From: Eledone cirrhosa
Lineage: Eukaryota
Assembly (NCBI GenBank): GCA_964016885.1
Contig: OZ024761.1
Coordinates: 8,432,001-8,496,000 of the forward strand
Direction of reading: 5' to 3'
DNA length: 64,000 nt
Shown here: positions 1 to 10,882 of the stretch, in pieces
Position numbering within the stretch: the stretch's first letter is position 1
Layout: every line of letters begins with the position of its first letter
The notes under the pieces: generated by a model
Told to the model about the DNA's origin: nothing
The model's database searches: none
Seen by the model: the letters and a program-made list of their open reading frames with translations, nothing else
Translations under genes and position numbers: made by a program

Positions 1-3000
1 AATCTTTAACTCTGTATTTAGCAGAGTTATGGGCCTGAAGTTACTTATGTCATCCCCCTTGTTCTCATCCTTCCTCATCAGCGTAACTACGCCCTTGGTC
101 ACAGAACTGGGAATTCTCCCGTTCTGCTGCCAGTTGCAGTAGACCGCTTCGAGGATATCGGAGAACAAGTCCGGCATCGCTACATATAGCTCGTATTGTA
201 GACCATCGAGACCCGGGGATTTGCGTTTGCCGCATTGGCTCAGCGCCACCCCTATCTCAGCAGCTGAAATCGTCCTTTCGCAGGACTTCGCCTCCGCGTC
301 CGAGAGGCGCGGCAGACCGTCGAGGTATGGATTGAAATCCATAGTCTCACCTGGCGCGCCGCCCCTCTCGAACAGTCGTGCAAAGTGCCGCTGAAAGGCC
401 GCACACATCTGCCCAGGTTCAAGGATCACACGCCCATCCTGGTCCTTCAAAGACCGAATCGTGGACTTGTTCCCACTTTTTGCCTCTGTCACTCGGGCCC
501 AGCTCACAGCTTTGGCTCCCTCATTACCCAGAGCACGTATTTTACTCCTGACAACGCAGCCTTCATGCTTCACCTCAAAGAACTGGTCTAAGGCCATTCT
601 TGATGCCAGCACGCCGGCTACATTGCCACTCCTAATCGCCTCTTCTACTCTATCTACTAATTCCCTTTCCATCTTGTTCCTATCCCTTGCTAATTCCTGA
701 CTAAAACCTATGGATTCTATTCTAATTGCTCTCTTAAGAGAGCTCCACCACCTGTTGTTGACAATTGCCCCTGTCAAACTCTGCTTAACTAACGTGCTAA
801 TCCGTTTACTGTAAGCTTTGCTTCTCGGTAAGGATAAGTTCAGCTTCCAGTAACCGGGTCCCTGTCTATGGGTTCTATCAAGGTTGGCTATGCAGGTCAC
901 TAACTTGTGATCCGAATAGTCAACCATGAACATTTTTGGACAGCTAAATGTGTCCCTATCCTTCTCTCTAACTAGGACCCTATCTAGGTACGACCTAGAT
1001 GTTCCGCTGCGATTGGTCCACGTCCATAGTGGTACAGTCGGAAAATCTAGTCGATATCTATCGGCCAGGTCAAATCGGCCGATTAACCTTTTGAGGCTTT
1101 TACACACCCCTCTATTGGCACATGCCCCTACATAGTCCCAACGTGCATCCAGGATACCATTCCAGTCCCCCACTAAAAGCAAGGAGCGGGACGTTCCCAG
1201 AAAAGTTTCCAGACGTTGGAAGTATTCCGGCCGTGCTGCCCAAAAAGGGGCGTACACAGCTATTAGTCTAAGGGCTCCACTTTCACTACTGCCGACGTCT
1301 AAAACCACCAGTCGACCCTCCGGGTCCAGGTGCACCTTCTGTATGGCGAGGCCCAGGTGTTTTCGCAGCAGAACGACAACTCCACCCCCACCCCCCGGTT
1401 GACAGAGAGATGCGAAGATCTCAAAGTCGTCGAAGAGGGGCGCCAGTTGGTGCTCGCTACTGATCCTGGACTCGCAAATAGCCATTACATCCATTCTATG
1501 CGACCTGAGATCGTTTAAAAGTTTGCCTTGTTTCCAAGACAGTCCCAGGCCGCGTACATTCAGACACCCAACTCTTATATCAGCCATGCTGGTTAAAAGA
1601 GGAAGGACCAACCTGTTCGGCTCCTGAGGAGCAGGTTGCACAATATCCATGGGCGTATTGGAGGGGTTGTTTGGTGGGGTGTTGTTCTGTGGTGGAGTGG
1701 GGGTGTTTGGTGAGGTGTGGGTGGGTAAACGTTTCAAGAGGACGCGGTTATAGGGTCGAGTACATGTTTTCCCCACGTCCTCAGGAAAGTTCTCTCTTAG
1801 TTTTGCATAGGTGTCCATTGGGAGTCTTATCATTTTTAAATGCGGTTTGTTGGCCGCGCTTGCAAAGAATTGCCCTTCAGTTTCCACCGAAGGGTCTTTG
1901 TGTATTGTTTTTACAAGTTCTTTGTTATTTGTGTTAATGTATGTATACTGTTTTATTTGTGTTGTGTTTGTTTGTTGTTCTTGTGTGTGCTTACGTTTTG
2001 TTGTATGTGTTATGTTTTGGGGTGGGGCGGATTTTGTTTGTTCTGTTTGTTTTGTTTTTGTTGGTGGTTGTGTGTTTGTTTCGTTTATGTTCGAGTGGTG
2101 CTTTCTTTTTTTCCTTTTTACAGGTTGGAAGGGTTCCGCCTCTTCGTCACTAGGTGCCGTTTCAGCTGGGTCCTCGTCCGTGCTGTCGGGTAGTGGTGTA
2201 TTTTGGGGTTTTGTTGTATTTGTGTGTGTTTTGGGAGTTGTTTTGGGTGAGGCCGTGTCTTGTGTTATTTTTCCGTGTTGTTTTTGTTGTTGTTGTGGTG
2301 GTGGTGGTGGAGGTGGTGGAGGTGGTGGTGGTGGTGGTGGTGGAGGTGGTGGTGGTGGTGGTGGTGTGTGGGGTGTAGGCAAAAGAGCCTTTTTTTTTGT
2401 CAATTGAGGACAAGCAGCCCTTAGATGACCCCTGCTTGAACAGTAGTAACATATGGGCCTCCTACCCTCGGCTGAAATATATATAAATGTTTCTCCATCG
2501 AGGGACACCCTCTGTGGTATTCTAGCTATTCGTTCTGGTCTCATTTGGACCAGAACCTCCACGCTCAAACCGCGGAAAACGTCTGTGGTGACTTCTCCTA
2601 CTGAAAGGATTCCGCCCTCGTCTTCTAAAAATCCTGATAGTACCCAGGAAATGCATGCATTTGGCCGGATTCCGGAGACCCTTATCTTCTGCGTTCTTTT
2701 CCCTAAATATGTGGGGAAAAATGTATGTAGCTTGGAAACAATTGGTGCCACAGAGTATTTCCTGGCCGTCAATTGATCCTTCATTAGGACCGTTATATTC
2801 CCATAGAGTGGCCCTTTTTGTATGAACGATATATCACTCCACACATTTTTTAGGACCAGCTCAATCTCTTTTTGGGATAATTGAGTTGGTTTCCTTGTTA
2901 TGTTGGAAATTGTTCTGAAAGATATCGTTCTTAGCGTCGTGTCTCTTTTGATTTCTTGTGGGGAGGTGATTGTGAAGTCTCCTCCTTCTTTGAAAGTTAC

Positions 3001-3372
3001 ATACTGTTTCGCTTCCTTCATCTTTTCTCTCAGAGTTGTAATGTCCAGTTGCTTGCAGGTTTGTGTTTTCCGGACCGCCTGTGCAAAGGAGGCACCAGTA
3101 GTGGGTTCGCTTTGTTTGGTGTTATCGTTATTTTTTCCTTGGTTGGTGTTGGGACTATTGCTGTTATTGTCGTTGTTGTTTTTGTCTGCGTTTATGTGAC
3201 TTTCTGGGTTTTCACCCATTTTTACAAATTTTTCTTTTAATTCCGTGTTCCATGTTTCTTTTGCAGAAGTCAGGAGGGAAGACTTAGAGCCTTGTGCTTC
3301 TAGCTTCTCTGTATCACCTTTCTTAGGGGGCGTGGCTTTCACGTTAGGATGAGATGTGAAAATTCTGTCCAT
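1..3372 (-). CDS. Single Gag-like + APE endonuclease + RT polyprotein (partial, at least 1124 codons)
   Basis: ATG at 3372; hand translation shows no stop across the Gag/EN junction (…VLPLLTSMADIRVGCLNVRG…; the ATG at 1587 is in frame). Absent from the ORF track, consistent with no stop before the window edge. Confidence 0.85.
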   Translation of the reverse strand, partial: MDRIFTSHPNVKATPPKKGDTEKLEAQGSKSSLLTSAKETWNTELKEKFVKMGENPESHINADKNNNDNNSNSPNTNQGKNNDNTKQSEPTTGASFAQAVRKTQTCKQLDITTLREKMKEAKQYVTFKEGGDFTITSPQEIKRDTTLRTISFRTISNITRKPTQLSQKEIELVLKNVWSDISFIQKGPLYGNITVLMKDQLTARKYSVAPIVSKLHTFFPTYLGKRTQKIRVSGIRPNACISWVLSGFLEDEGGILSVGEVTTDVFRGLSVEVLVQMRPERIARIPQRVSLDGETFIYISAEGRRPICYYCSSRGHLRAACPQLTKKKALLPTPHTPPPPPPPPPPPPPPPPPPPPPPPQQQQKQHGKITQDTASPKTTPKTHTNTTKPQNTPLPDSTDEDPAETAPSDEEAEPFQPVKRKKRKHHSNINETNTQPPTKTKQTEQTKSAPPQNITHTTKRKHTQEQQTNTTQIKQYTYINTNNKELVKTIHKDPSVETEGQFFASAANKPHLKMIRLPMDTYAKLRENFPEDVGKTCTRPYNRVLLKRLPTHTSPNTPTPPQNNTPPNNPSNTPMDIVQPAPQEPNRLVLPLLTSMADIRVGCLNVRGLGLSWKQGKLLNDLRSHRMDVMAICESRISSEHQLAPLFDDFEIFASLCQPGGGGGVVVLLRKHLGLAIQKVHLDPEGRLVVLDVGSSESGALRLIAVYAPFWAARPEYFQRLETFLGTSRSLLLVGDWNGILDARWDYVGACANRGVCKSLKRLIGRFDLADRYRLDFPTVPLWTWTNRSGTSRSYLDRVLVREKDRDTFSCPKMFMVDYSDHKLVTCIANLDRTHRQGPGYWKLNLSLPRSKAYSKRISTLVKQSLTGAIVNNRWWSSLKRAIRIESIGFSQELARDRNKMERELVDRVEEAIRSGNVAGVLASRMALDQFFEVKHEGCVVRSKIRALGNEGAKAVSWARVTEAKSGNKSTIRSLKDQDGRVILEPGQMCAAFQRHFARLFERGGAPGETMDFNPYLDGLPRLSDAEAKSCERTISAAEIGVALSQCGKRKSPGLDGLQYELYVAMPDLFSDILEAVYCNWQQNGRIPSSVTKGVVTLMRKDENKGDDISNFRPITLLNTELKI

Positions 3373-3575
3373 TTCTATTAGTTTGCCGTAATAAGTTTTT
3401 AACTGGAAAATTCGCCCCAAAAAGGGGCGAAAATAAATAAACTCAAAGTTTGACGACCAAGGCAAGGGGTTAACGTATATTACAGTATAAAAAAATTAAT
3501 CAAAACTCACTTTTGAGTAAGTAAATCCGACTCGGTAGCCGAGCTTGTTCACACACGTCAACACACGTCTCTCGT
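1..3575 (-). mobile_element. Tx1/L1-clade non-LTR retrotransposon, 5' part (3' part runs off the window)
   Basis: Minus-strand translation gives a Gag-like region (SFAQAV motif; CCHC knuckle CYYCSSRGHLRAAC), then APE endonuclease (LNVRGL, VYAP, GDWN, SDH, GYWKLN) and RT N-terminus (KSPGLDG, NFRPITLLNTELKI). About 200 bp of 5' UTR; the 5' boundary is approximate. Confidence 0.9.
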
Positions 3576-3579
3576 ATAC

Positions 3580-4245
3580 GAGATGTTATGTGAGATATTA
3601 TGTGAGGTAAAGCCTTTACTGTGAAAATACAATAGTATATAGAGAGTAATGTAAATGTTATGTGAAATATTATATGAGGTAAAATCTTTACTGAGAAAAT
3701 ACAATAGTATATATAGAGTAATGTAAATGTTATGTGAGATATTATATGACGTAAAGTCTTTACTGTGAAAATATAATAGTATATATAGAGTAATGTAAAT
3801 GTTATGTGAGATATTATATGAGGTAAAGTCTTTACTGAGAAAATACAATAGTATATATAGAGTAATGTAAATGTTATGTGAGATATTATATGAGGTAAAG
3901 TCTTTACTGTGAAAATACAATAGTATATATAGAGTAATGTAAATGCTATGTGAGATATTATGTGAGGTAAAGCCTTTACTGTGAAAATACAATAGTATAT
4001 ATAGAGTCATGTAAATGTTATGTGAGATATTATGTGAGGTAAAGCCTTTACCATGAAAATACAATAGTATATATAGAGTCATGTAAATGTTATGTGAGAT
4101 ATTATGTGAGGTAAAGCCTTTACCATGAAAATACAATAGTATATATAGAGTCATGTAAATGTTATGTGAGATATTATGTGAGGTAAAGCCCTTACTGTGA
4201 AAATACAATAGTATACATAGAGTAATGTAAATGCTAAAGGGTTAA
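3580..4245. repeat. 72-bp minisatellite (~9 copies) inside a piggyBac-type MITE end
   Basis: Unit gtaaatgttatgtgagatattatgtgaggtaaagcctttactgtgaaaatacaatagtatatatagagtaat. The array ends in TGCTAAAGGG-TTAA, matching the right end of the MITE at 29143-29347. Confidence 0.85.
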
Positions 4246-4310
4246 ACAATGACTGAGCTCGCCCTAAACAACATCCCTGTCATATCTTCTGTATTACTGT
4301 TCCATTGCAG

Positions 4311-4435
4311 AACCAATTCCGGGATGTGTCGAAAACTTCGGACTCAGTGAACCTCTTCAAGTATATGTCCAACATAGCCCTCGATGTCCTGCTTCGCTCG
4401 GCCCTCTCTTACTCGGAGGAAGAAGCTGGAACAGA
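4311..4435 (+). CDS. CYP4-clan cytochrome P450, internal exon (first in window)
   Basis: ttgcag|NQFRDVSKTSDSVNLFKYMSNIALDVLLRSALSYSEEEAGT|gtaag. Resembles the CYP4 E-helix region (…SLMTLD…FS…); ends phase 2, compatible with the next exon. Confidence 0.85.
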
Positions 4436-4950
4436 GTAAGTTGAGGACATGGCTATTACACTCACACACGGATATACACATATACACACACATACACAGA
4501 AACACAGAATAATACTTTCACATACATACATACACCTGCATACACGCATACAGAGAATAATACTTTCACATACATACACACATACACAGAATAATACTTG
4601 CACTCACACATACACACACACAAACACACACATATACATTCACACACACACATACACACTAAAACACACATTTACGGTTGTACACATACACAGATGCACA
4701 CTCGCATACACATATACACACTCAAATATGCACATACATGCATGCATGCATAAATGCACACATATATACATGCCCACACACATATACACAAGCACATACA
4801 CATACTCCATATATGTATTTTCTTTGTAAGTGTGTGTGTCTATGTATGGGTGTGTGTGTGTGTAGCTTTCATTGTATGAATGTGTGTATATATGTACGTG
4901 TATTAATATGTGTGTGTAACAGGGGTGTGTATATGGTTATCATTATATGA

Positions 4951-5162
4951 ATCATCATCATCACCGTTTTACGTCCGTTCTTCCACGCTAGTATGGGTTG
5001 GACTATTGTCCTGTTGTGGGCAGTTTCCAGTCGGCTGACCATGCCTTGCTCACACGGGAACTGATTCTGGCTTGATTTCTACAGCTAGATGCCCTTCCTA
5101 ACACCAACCTCATTTACAGTGAGTGCTGCTGCGTGCTTTTTTGCCGTGGCACCTCCACGACA
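4951..5162 (-). mobile_element. 3' fragment of RTE-tailed SINE / RTE 3' UTR
   Basis: (cat)n tail and body nearly identical to 14189-14450. Confidence 0.75.
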
Positions 5163-5173
5163 ATGTGTGTGTG

Positions 5174-5206
<33 letters not shown>

Positions 5207-5357
5207 GTAGATAAATCTACCAAGAGTTTACGGTAGTGTCCAATCCGTATGAAGAACTCAATGTAGTCCGGATATCATGGAAAGAAGAGATGCAATGAAA
5301 AATCACTTTCGGTGAAAGATAAACGGAATACAGAGTTTTTTAATATTTCTATATATA

Positions 5358-5557
5358 NNNNNNNNNNNNNNNNNNNNNNNNNNNNNNNNNNNNNNNNNNN
5401 NNNNNNNNNNNNNNNNNNNNNNNNNNNNNNNNNNNNNNNNNNNNNNNNNNNNNNNNNNNNNNNNNNNNNNNNNNNNNNNNNNNNNNNNNNNNNNNNNNNN
5501 NNNNNNNNNNNNNNNNNNNNNNNNNNNNNNNNNNNNNNNNNNNNNNNNNNNNNNNNN
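5358..5557. other. Assembly gap (200 N)
   Basis: Run of N. Confidence 1.
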
Positions 5558-5594
5558 TGGCTTGGTTTCTATGGCTGGATGTCCTTCCTAACAA

Positions 5595-5955
5595 CAACCA
5601 CATTTACAGTGTGGACTGGGTGATTTTTGTCGTGACACCTACACAAACCACTTTACAGTGTGGACTGGGTGATTTTTGTCGTGACACCTACACAACCACT
5701 TTACAGTGTGGACTGGGTGATTTTTGTTGTGACACCTACACAACCACTTTACAGTGTGGACTGGGTGATTTTTGTTGTGACACCTACACACTTTACAGTG
5801 TGGACTGTGGGTGACTTTTGTTGTGAACACGACCACTTTACAGTTAGAGCTGGGCGCTTTTTGTTGCATTGCCAACAAGACCACCTTACAATGTGGGCTG
5901 GGTGCTTTTTGTCGTAACACCTACATGACCATTATTCAATGTGGGCTGGGCACTT
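5595..5955. repeat. ~48-bp tandem repeat derived from the SINE/RTE 3' UTR central segment
   Basis: Unit accactttacagtgtggactgggtgatttttgtcgtgacacctacaca; follows a ggctggatgtccttcctaac segment of the SINE family. Confidence 0.75.
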
Positions 5956-6177
5956 GTATGTAATAGGAGTGTGTGTGTGTATCATTATATGAATGTATGT
6001 ACATCAATGTGTGAATGTGTAACAGATGTGTGTAACAGATGTGTAACAGATGTGTAACAGATGTGTAATAGATGTGTGTAACAGATGTGTAATAGATGTG
6101 TGTAACAGATGTGTAATAGATGTGTGTAACAGAAGCATGTTTTCAAGTTTCACTGAAACCTTTTCTCCCCAATTCAG

Positions 6178-6240
6178 GGCCCACCAATCCTACATTGATG
6201 CCGTCAATGAATTATGTCAGCTCCTTGGGAAAAGAGCTCT
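6178..6240 (+). CDS. CYP4-clan P450 exon
   Basis: ttcag|(E)AHQSYIDAVNELCQLLGKRA|gtaagt; 63 nt, phase 2/2; F-helix-like. Confidence 0.85.
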
Positions 6241-6319
6241 GTAAGTAAATATATCCGTGTATGTATGCGTAAGTATATATATATATATATAAATCAAATG
6301 AAAAAGATATGTATATATA

Positions 6320-6993
6320 GAGAGAAAGAACCATATATTGTATAGGAAACACAGTATCATCATATGTCTGCTTTTCCCTGCTTGCAAGGGTGGGACAGGA
6401 ACTGATTCTGGCTTGATTTCTACAGCTGGATGCTCTTCCTAACACCAACTTCATTTACAGTGAGTGCCGGGTGCTTTTTTGCCATGGCACCCCCCACGAC
6501 CAGTTTACAGTGGAATGACAGGGACCCCAGTCCCTATCATCTCATTTCTACAGCTGAGTAAACTGGAGCAATGTGAAATAAAGTGTCTTGCTCAAGGAAA
6601 CAACACATCACCCGGTTTGAGAATTGAACTCACAACCTTTCGATTGCAAGGCCAATGCTCTAACCACTAAGCCATGTGCCTCCATACATATATATATATT
6701 GTATATATACTACATACATATTATATATATATTGTATATATACTACATACATATTATATATATATTGTATATATACTACATACATATTATATATATATTG
6801 TATATATACTACATACATATTCCATAGAATATGTAATCAAGGTAGAATCATTAGAGAGACCTTAAATCCTCTACAGGATATAAAATAGCGCTATAAGGCC
6901 TCTCTAATGATTCTACCTTGATTACATATTCTGTGGAATATGTATTTAGTATATCTACAATATACTGTGTTCTTGTACGATATATGGCTCTTC

Positions 6994-7000
<7 letters not shown>
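6320..7000. repeat. Fold-back (inverted) Penelope-like remnant; left arm interrupted by a SINE and a 33-bp tandem repeat
   Basis: 6806-6862 is the reverse complement of 6895-6962; 6320-6356 matches the reverse complement of ~6963-7000. Confidence 0.65.
6357..6683 (-). mobile_element. tRNA-derived CORE-type SINE with RTE tail
   Basis: Minus-strand head with A box TGGCTTAGTGG and B box GTTCAATTC; CORE-like ccttgagcaagacacttt; tail matches the RTE 3' end. Confidence 0.85.
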
Positions 7001-7024
<24 letters not shown>

Positions 7025-7029
7025 CATAT

Positions 7030-7190
7030 ATCTCTTTATTTGGTTATTAGGGCTCTAGATAAAGTCTATTGAGCTTACTTATTGAGAACACACAAAATTC
7101 TAAACAAATATGTTTAGAATTTTGTGTTTCTCAATAAGTAAGCTCAATAGACTTTATCTAGAGCCATAATAACCAAATAAAGAGATATAT
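7030..7190. repeat. Near-perfect ~80-bp-arm palindrome in (TA)n context
   Basis: atctctttatttggttatt…aattctaaaca versus tgtttagaatt…aataaccaaataaagagat. Confidence 0.85.
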
Positions 7191-7342
7191 GTATATATAT
7201 ATATATAGAGAGAGAGAGAGGAAGAGCCATATATGTTTTGATTCAGTACACGCGCGTGCATGTATAATTGGTGATGGATGCTTAAAGCGTCCGTATGCGG
7301 TAGGCCGTATGAGCACTCGATGCCCTCATAGAGCAGAGTATG

Positions 7343-7495
7343 ATATCACAGAAAAAAAGAGAATCAGTGTTGCGACGAATGGGATTTATTGGACATATTA
7401 CAATCGTTTCTCGGGTGGTCGCTCGGGAAACAATTGTAATATGTCCAATAAATTCCATTTGTTGCAACACTGATTCTCTTTTTTCTGTGATATAT
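7343..7495. repeat. Fold-back Penelope-like 3' end carrying the 3' half of a hammerhead motif
   Basis: The two arms are reverse complements. The right arm GAAAcaattgTAatatgtcc… matches 33027-33090. Confidence 0.8.
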
Positions 7496-7647
7496 ATATA
7501 TATTTGTTTATTTCTTCTCCCAACTCTTGTTTTGAGGCCAGATATTTTCATAGTTTTATACATATGCACCCCTTTCACGACAGTCACCGCAGTGTGATCC
7601 GTCTGGTAGACGACCTATAGACTTGAGTTTTTAGGTATCCTCTAAAG

Positions 7648-7990
7648 CAGCGGTCCCCAACGCCGGCCCGCGGGCCACATCTGGCCCACGAAGGGTTTCA
7701 ATCTGGCGAGCGAAGGCCTTTATCCTGCCCGCGAGGGTTCTAAAAAGGGTACAGTTTGCAATAAATTTGCACCCGATCTATCGATATTGCCGAATAAAAC
7801 AATATTTAAATGTATTTTTCTGCTTGGGACAGCTCTAAGTATCAATATTGAACTTTGTTTCAAATCTAACATAAGGGATAAATAAACGATTACTTATTTG
7901 TATATAAGTAGTATTAATTGTGCATCTGGCCCACGGAGCCACCGCTGCATGGCTATCTGGCCCGTGGACCCAAAAGGTTGGGAACCCCTG
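7648..7990. mobile_element. hAT (Charlie-like) MITE
   Basis: TIRs CAGCGGTCCCCAAC / GTTGGGAACCCCTG; exact 8-bp TSD CTCTAAAG at 7640-7647 and 7991-7998; subterminal GGCCC motifs. Confidence 0.9.
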
Positions 7991-8490
7991 CTCTAAAGCA
8001 TAACAATTTCATTAGGGAGTGACATTTTCTATGTCAGGGCTTGATTGCATCTATCCTCCCCCACCATCTAGCAGCACTCAGGGGCAGCCTTCTCACAAGA
8101 CAACAGTTTTTTTTACAGACAGTCCCATGATTGAAGTTGGAGGGGCAGAAGACATAAACACTGAGAAAATATAATCAAATATATAGGTGGAAAAATTAGC
8201 TTTTTAATCATTTTTAATTCCTTAAATGTTTCAAACCTTCTCACAGCAGAACCACAGTTTGGGAGCCTGGAACTGGATGGCACCACTATGAGGAGGGACA
8301 GGGCAGTATGATTGTTATATATATATATATATATATTTATGTGTATATATATATATATATATAAATAAATATACATTTCTGTATATATATATATTTACAT
8401 AAATGTATTAACGGTCCTAAATTTGCGAATTTCAGACCGTTAAGGTGTGATTTCCATGGGTATGTCATTATTTATAAAACAAATTTTGTA

Positions 8491-8907
8491 TTTTATCTGA
8501 TGAAAGCGCACCAAGATTGGCTTGGTCGCCCTTGAAATCATCATCATCATCATCATCATCATTTCATTTTACGTCCGCTTTTTCCCTGCTTGCAAGGGTG
8601 GGACAGGAACTGATTCTGGCTGGATTTCTACAGCTGGATGCCCTTCCTAACACCAACCTCATTTACAGTGAGTGCTGGGTGCTTTTTTGCCGTGGCATAT
8701 CCACGACCACTTTGCAGTGGAATGACAGGGACCCCAGTCCCTATCATCTCATTTCTACAGCTGAGTAAACTGGAGCAATGTGAAATAAAGTGTCTTGCTC
8801 AAGGAAACAACACATCACCCGGTCTGAGAATTGAACTTAAAACCTTTCGATTGCAAGGCCAATGCTCTAACCACTAAGCCATGTGCCTCCAAATATATAT
8901 AATAAAA
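8491..8907 (+). ncRNA. Hammerhead ribozyme motif disrupted by a SINE insertion
   Basis: ttttat-CTGATGA(8497-8503)-stem II-GAAA(8534-8537)…[SINE]…tatataTA-ataaaa(8902-8907). Same family as 10883-10938. Confidence 0.7.
8539..8890 (-). mobile_element. tRNA-derived CORE-type SINE with RTE tail
   Basis: Full-length copy; tail is the reverse complement of the RTE end at 10287-10338; short AAAT duplication at the flanks. Confidence 0.9.
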
Positions 8908-8924
8908 TAAATATGGTTTTATTT

Positions 8925-10338
8925 TAGCACAACTAATTAGAGAAAGGGTCAAACTAGATGAGATGCAGTTTGGTTTTGTGCCTGGGAAGAGTACAACAGA
9001 TGCCCTCTTCTTGGTGAGACAAATGCAAGAGAGGTTCTTAGAGAAGAATAAGCCACTATACTTAGCCTTTGTTGACCTAGAGAAGGCCTTTGATAGGGTA
9101 CCCCGATCTGTCATCTGGTGGTCCCTAAGGAAGCTAGGTGTTGAGAAATGGCTTGTGAGGACAGTGCAAACTTTGTACAGAGGTACTCTCAGTAAAGTCA
9201 GGGTAGGAATGGAGTTTAGTGAGGAATTCCAGATACAAGTAGGAGTACATCAGGGTTCGGTCCTCAGCCCGCTCTTGTTCATTATAGTCCTCCAAGCCAT
9301 AACAGAGGAGTTTAAGACTGGCTGTCCATGGGAACTTCTCTATGCTGACGATCTGGCTCTTATAGCAGAATCAGTAGAGGAGCTAGAGAATAAATTCCGG
9401 CTATGGAAACAGCAGTTGGAAGCAAGAGGACTGAGAGTAAATCTAGCTAAGACAAAAGTGTTGATGAGTAGAAAAGAGGACAAAACCCTGATTCCGTCAG
9501 GGAAATGGCCATGTTCGATATGCAGAAAAGGAACTGGCATAAATTCTATAAAATGCACAAAATGCAGGTCCTGGGTACACAAGAGATGTAGTGGGATAGC
9601 AGGCAAACTAACAGGTAGGGAGAAATATGTATGCAGTAGATGTACAGGGAAATTAGACAGTAGAAGTCGCACTGATAGACACATTTTTCAAATGCGAGAG
9701 GGCGCTATAGAAGTGGTGGATAGCTTCCGGTACCTAGGAGATCAGATTAGCGTGGGAGGAGGGTGTTCCGAGGCCATAGTATCTAGAATAAGGACGGGTT
9801 GGAAGAAGTTTAGGGAGCTGCTTCCTCTGTTGACGAAGAAGGGTTTCTCCCTGCGTACGAAAGGCCGGTTGTATGATGCCTGTGTGAGGAGCGCGATGCT
9901 GCATGGTAGTGAGACATGGGCAGCAACCGCAGAGGATATGTGACGGCTGGAGAGAAATGAGGCAAGCATGCTTCGTTGGATGTGCAGTGTAAATGTGCGT
10001 GAACGACCCAGCATAAATGTGTTGAGAGAGAAACTGTGTCTGAGAGGGATAGAATGTAGTGTACGGGAGAGGAGACTGAGGTGGTATGGACATGTGATGC
10101 GCATGGAGGATGACCGATGGGTGAAGAAGTGCCAGGAAATGCCAGTTGAAGGAGGACGTGGTAGAGGTAGACCACGTAAAACATGGGCGGAGGTGGTGAG
10201 AACAGACCTCAGATCATTGAAGCTCACGGTAGAGATGACGAGGGACCGTGACGAGTGGAGAGATGCTGTGATGAATAAGACCACGTCCCACCCTTGCAAG
10301 CAGGGAAAAGCGGACGTAAAATGATGATGATGATGATG
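8925..10338 (+). mobile_element. 5'-truncated RTE-clade LINE (RT with PHD-like finger), one premature stop
   Basis: QFGFVPGK, FVDLEKAFD, GVHQGSVLSP, YADD, RWYGHV motifs; TGA at 9941-9943; (atg)n tail. Confidence 0.92.
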
Positions 10339-10367
10339 AAATATAGTTTCCTTTTATTATTATCTTG

Positions 10368-10558
10368 GGCGGTGGATTGGCAGTATCAGTAGAGAGTCGG
10401 AAGCCATGCTTTCCAGCATAGTTACGTCCCTTTATGATCTGAGTTCAAATCCCGCCGAGGTTGACTTTGCCTTTCATCCTTACGGGGTCGATAAAATAAA
10501 GTACCAGTAATGCACTGGGTAATTGCTGGCCTTGTGCCTAAAGTAGAAACAATTATTA
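10368..10558 (+). mobile_element. Second SINE family (tRNA-like head, Meta-domain-like core)
   Basis: B box gagttcaaatccc; core gcctttcatccttacggggtcgataaaataaagtaccag; (att)n tail. The domain name is from recall and tentative. Confidence 0.8.
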
Positions 10559-10654
10559 TCTTGGAATATTTACAACAGTAACATTGTTGAGTGCTCTATA
10601 TCAGTTATAAACATTTATGTTTGTCGGAATTCCAACAAATTAAATACAATTCCT

Positions 10655-10689
<35 letters not shown>

Positions 10690-10721
10690 TAATAAATGGA
10701 AACTATATTTATAAAACCATA

Positions 10722-10776
10722 TTTATATATATTTCAAGGGCAACCAAGGCAAATTATGGTATGCTTTCATCAGATA
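10722..10776 (-). ncRNA. Minimal type I hammerhead ribozyme motif (left arm of inverted repeat)
   Basis: Reverse complement reads tat-CTGATGA-aagcatacca…tggttgccctt-GAAA-tatataTA. Confidence 0.6.
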
Positions 10777-10882
10777 AAATACAGATTTGTTTTATAAATA
10801 AATATTGACATACCTGGAAAAAAGACAACCTTAATGGTTGGAGCTTCCTGGATAGTCAATATTTATAAACAAATCTGTATTT

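Noticed and set aside
1811-2407. Gly-rich hydrophobic ORF on the + strand
   Set aside because: Antisense shadow of the LINE poly-Pro/Thr linker.
3558-4208. 216-aa ORF with 24-aa repeats
   Set aside because: Translation of the 72-bp MITE-derived array.
5245-5330. Additional hammerhead (atgaaga…gaaagat)
   Set aside because: Core and stems too degenerate to support; it may be a decayed PLE remnant.
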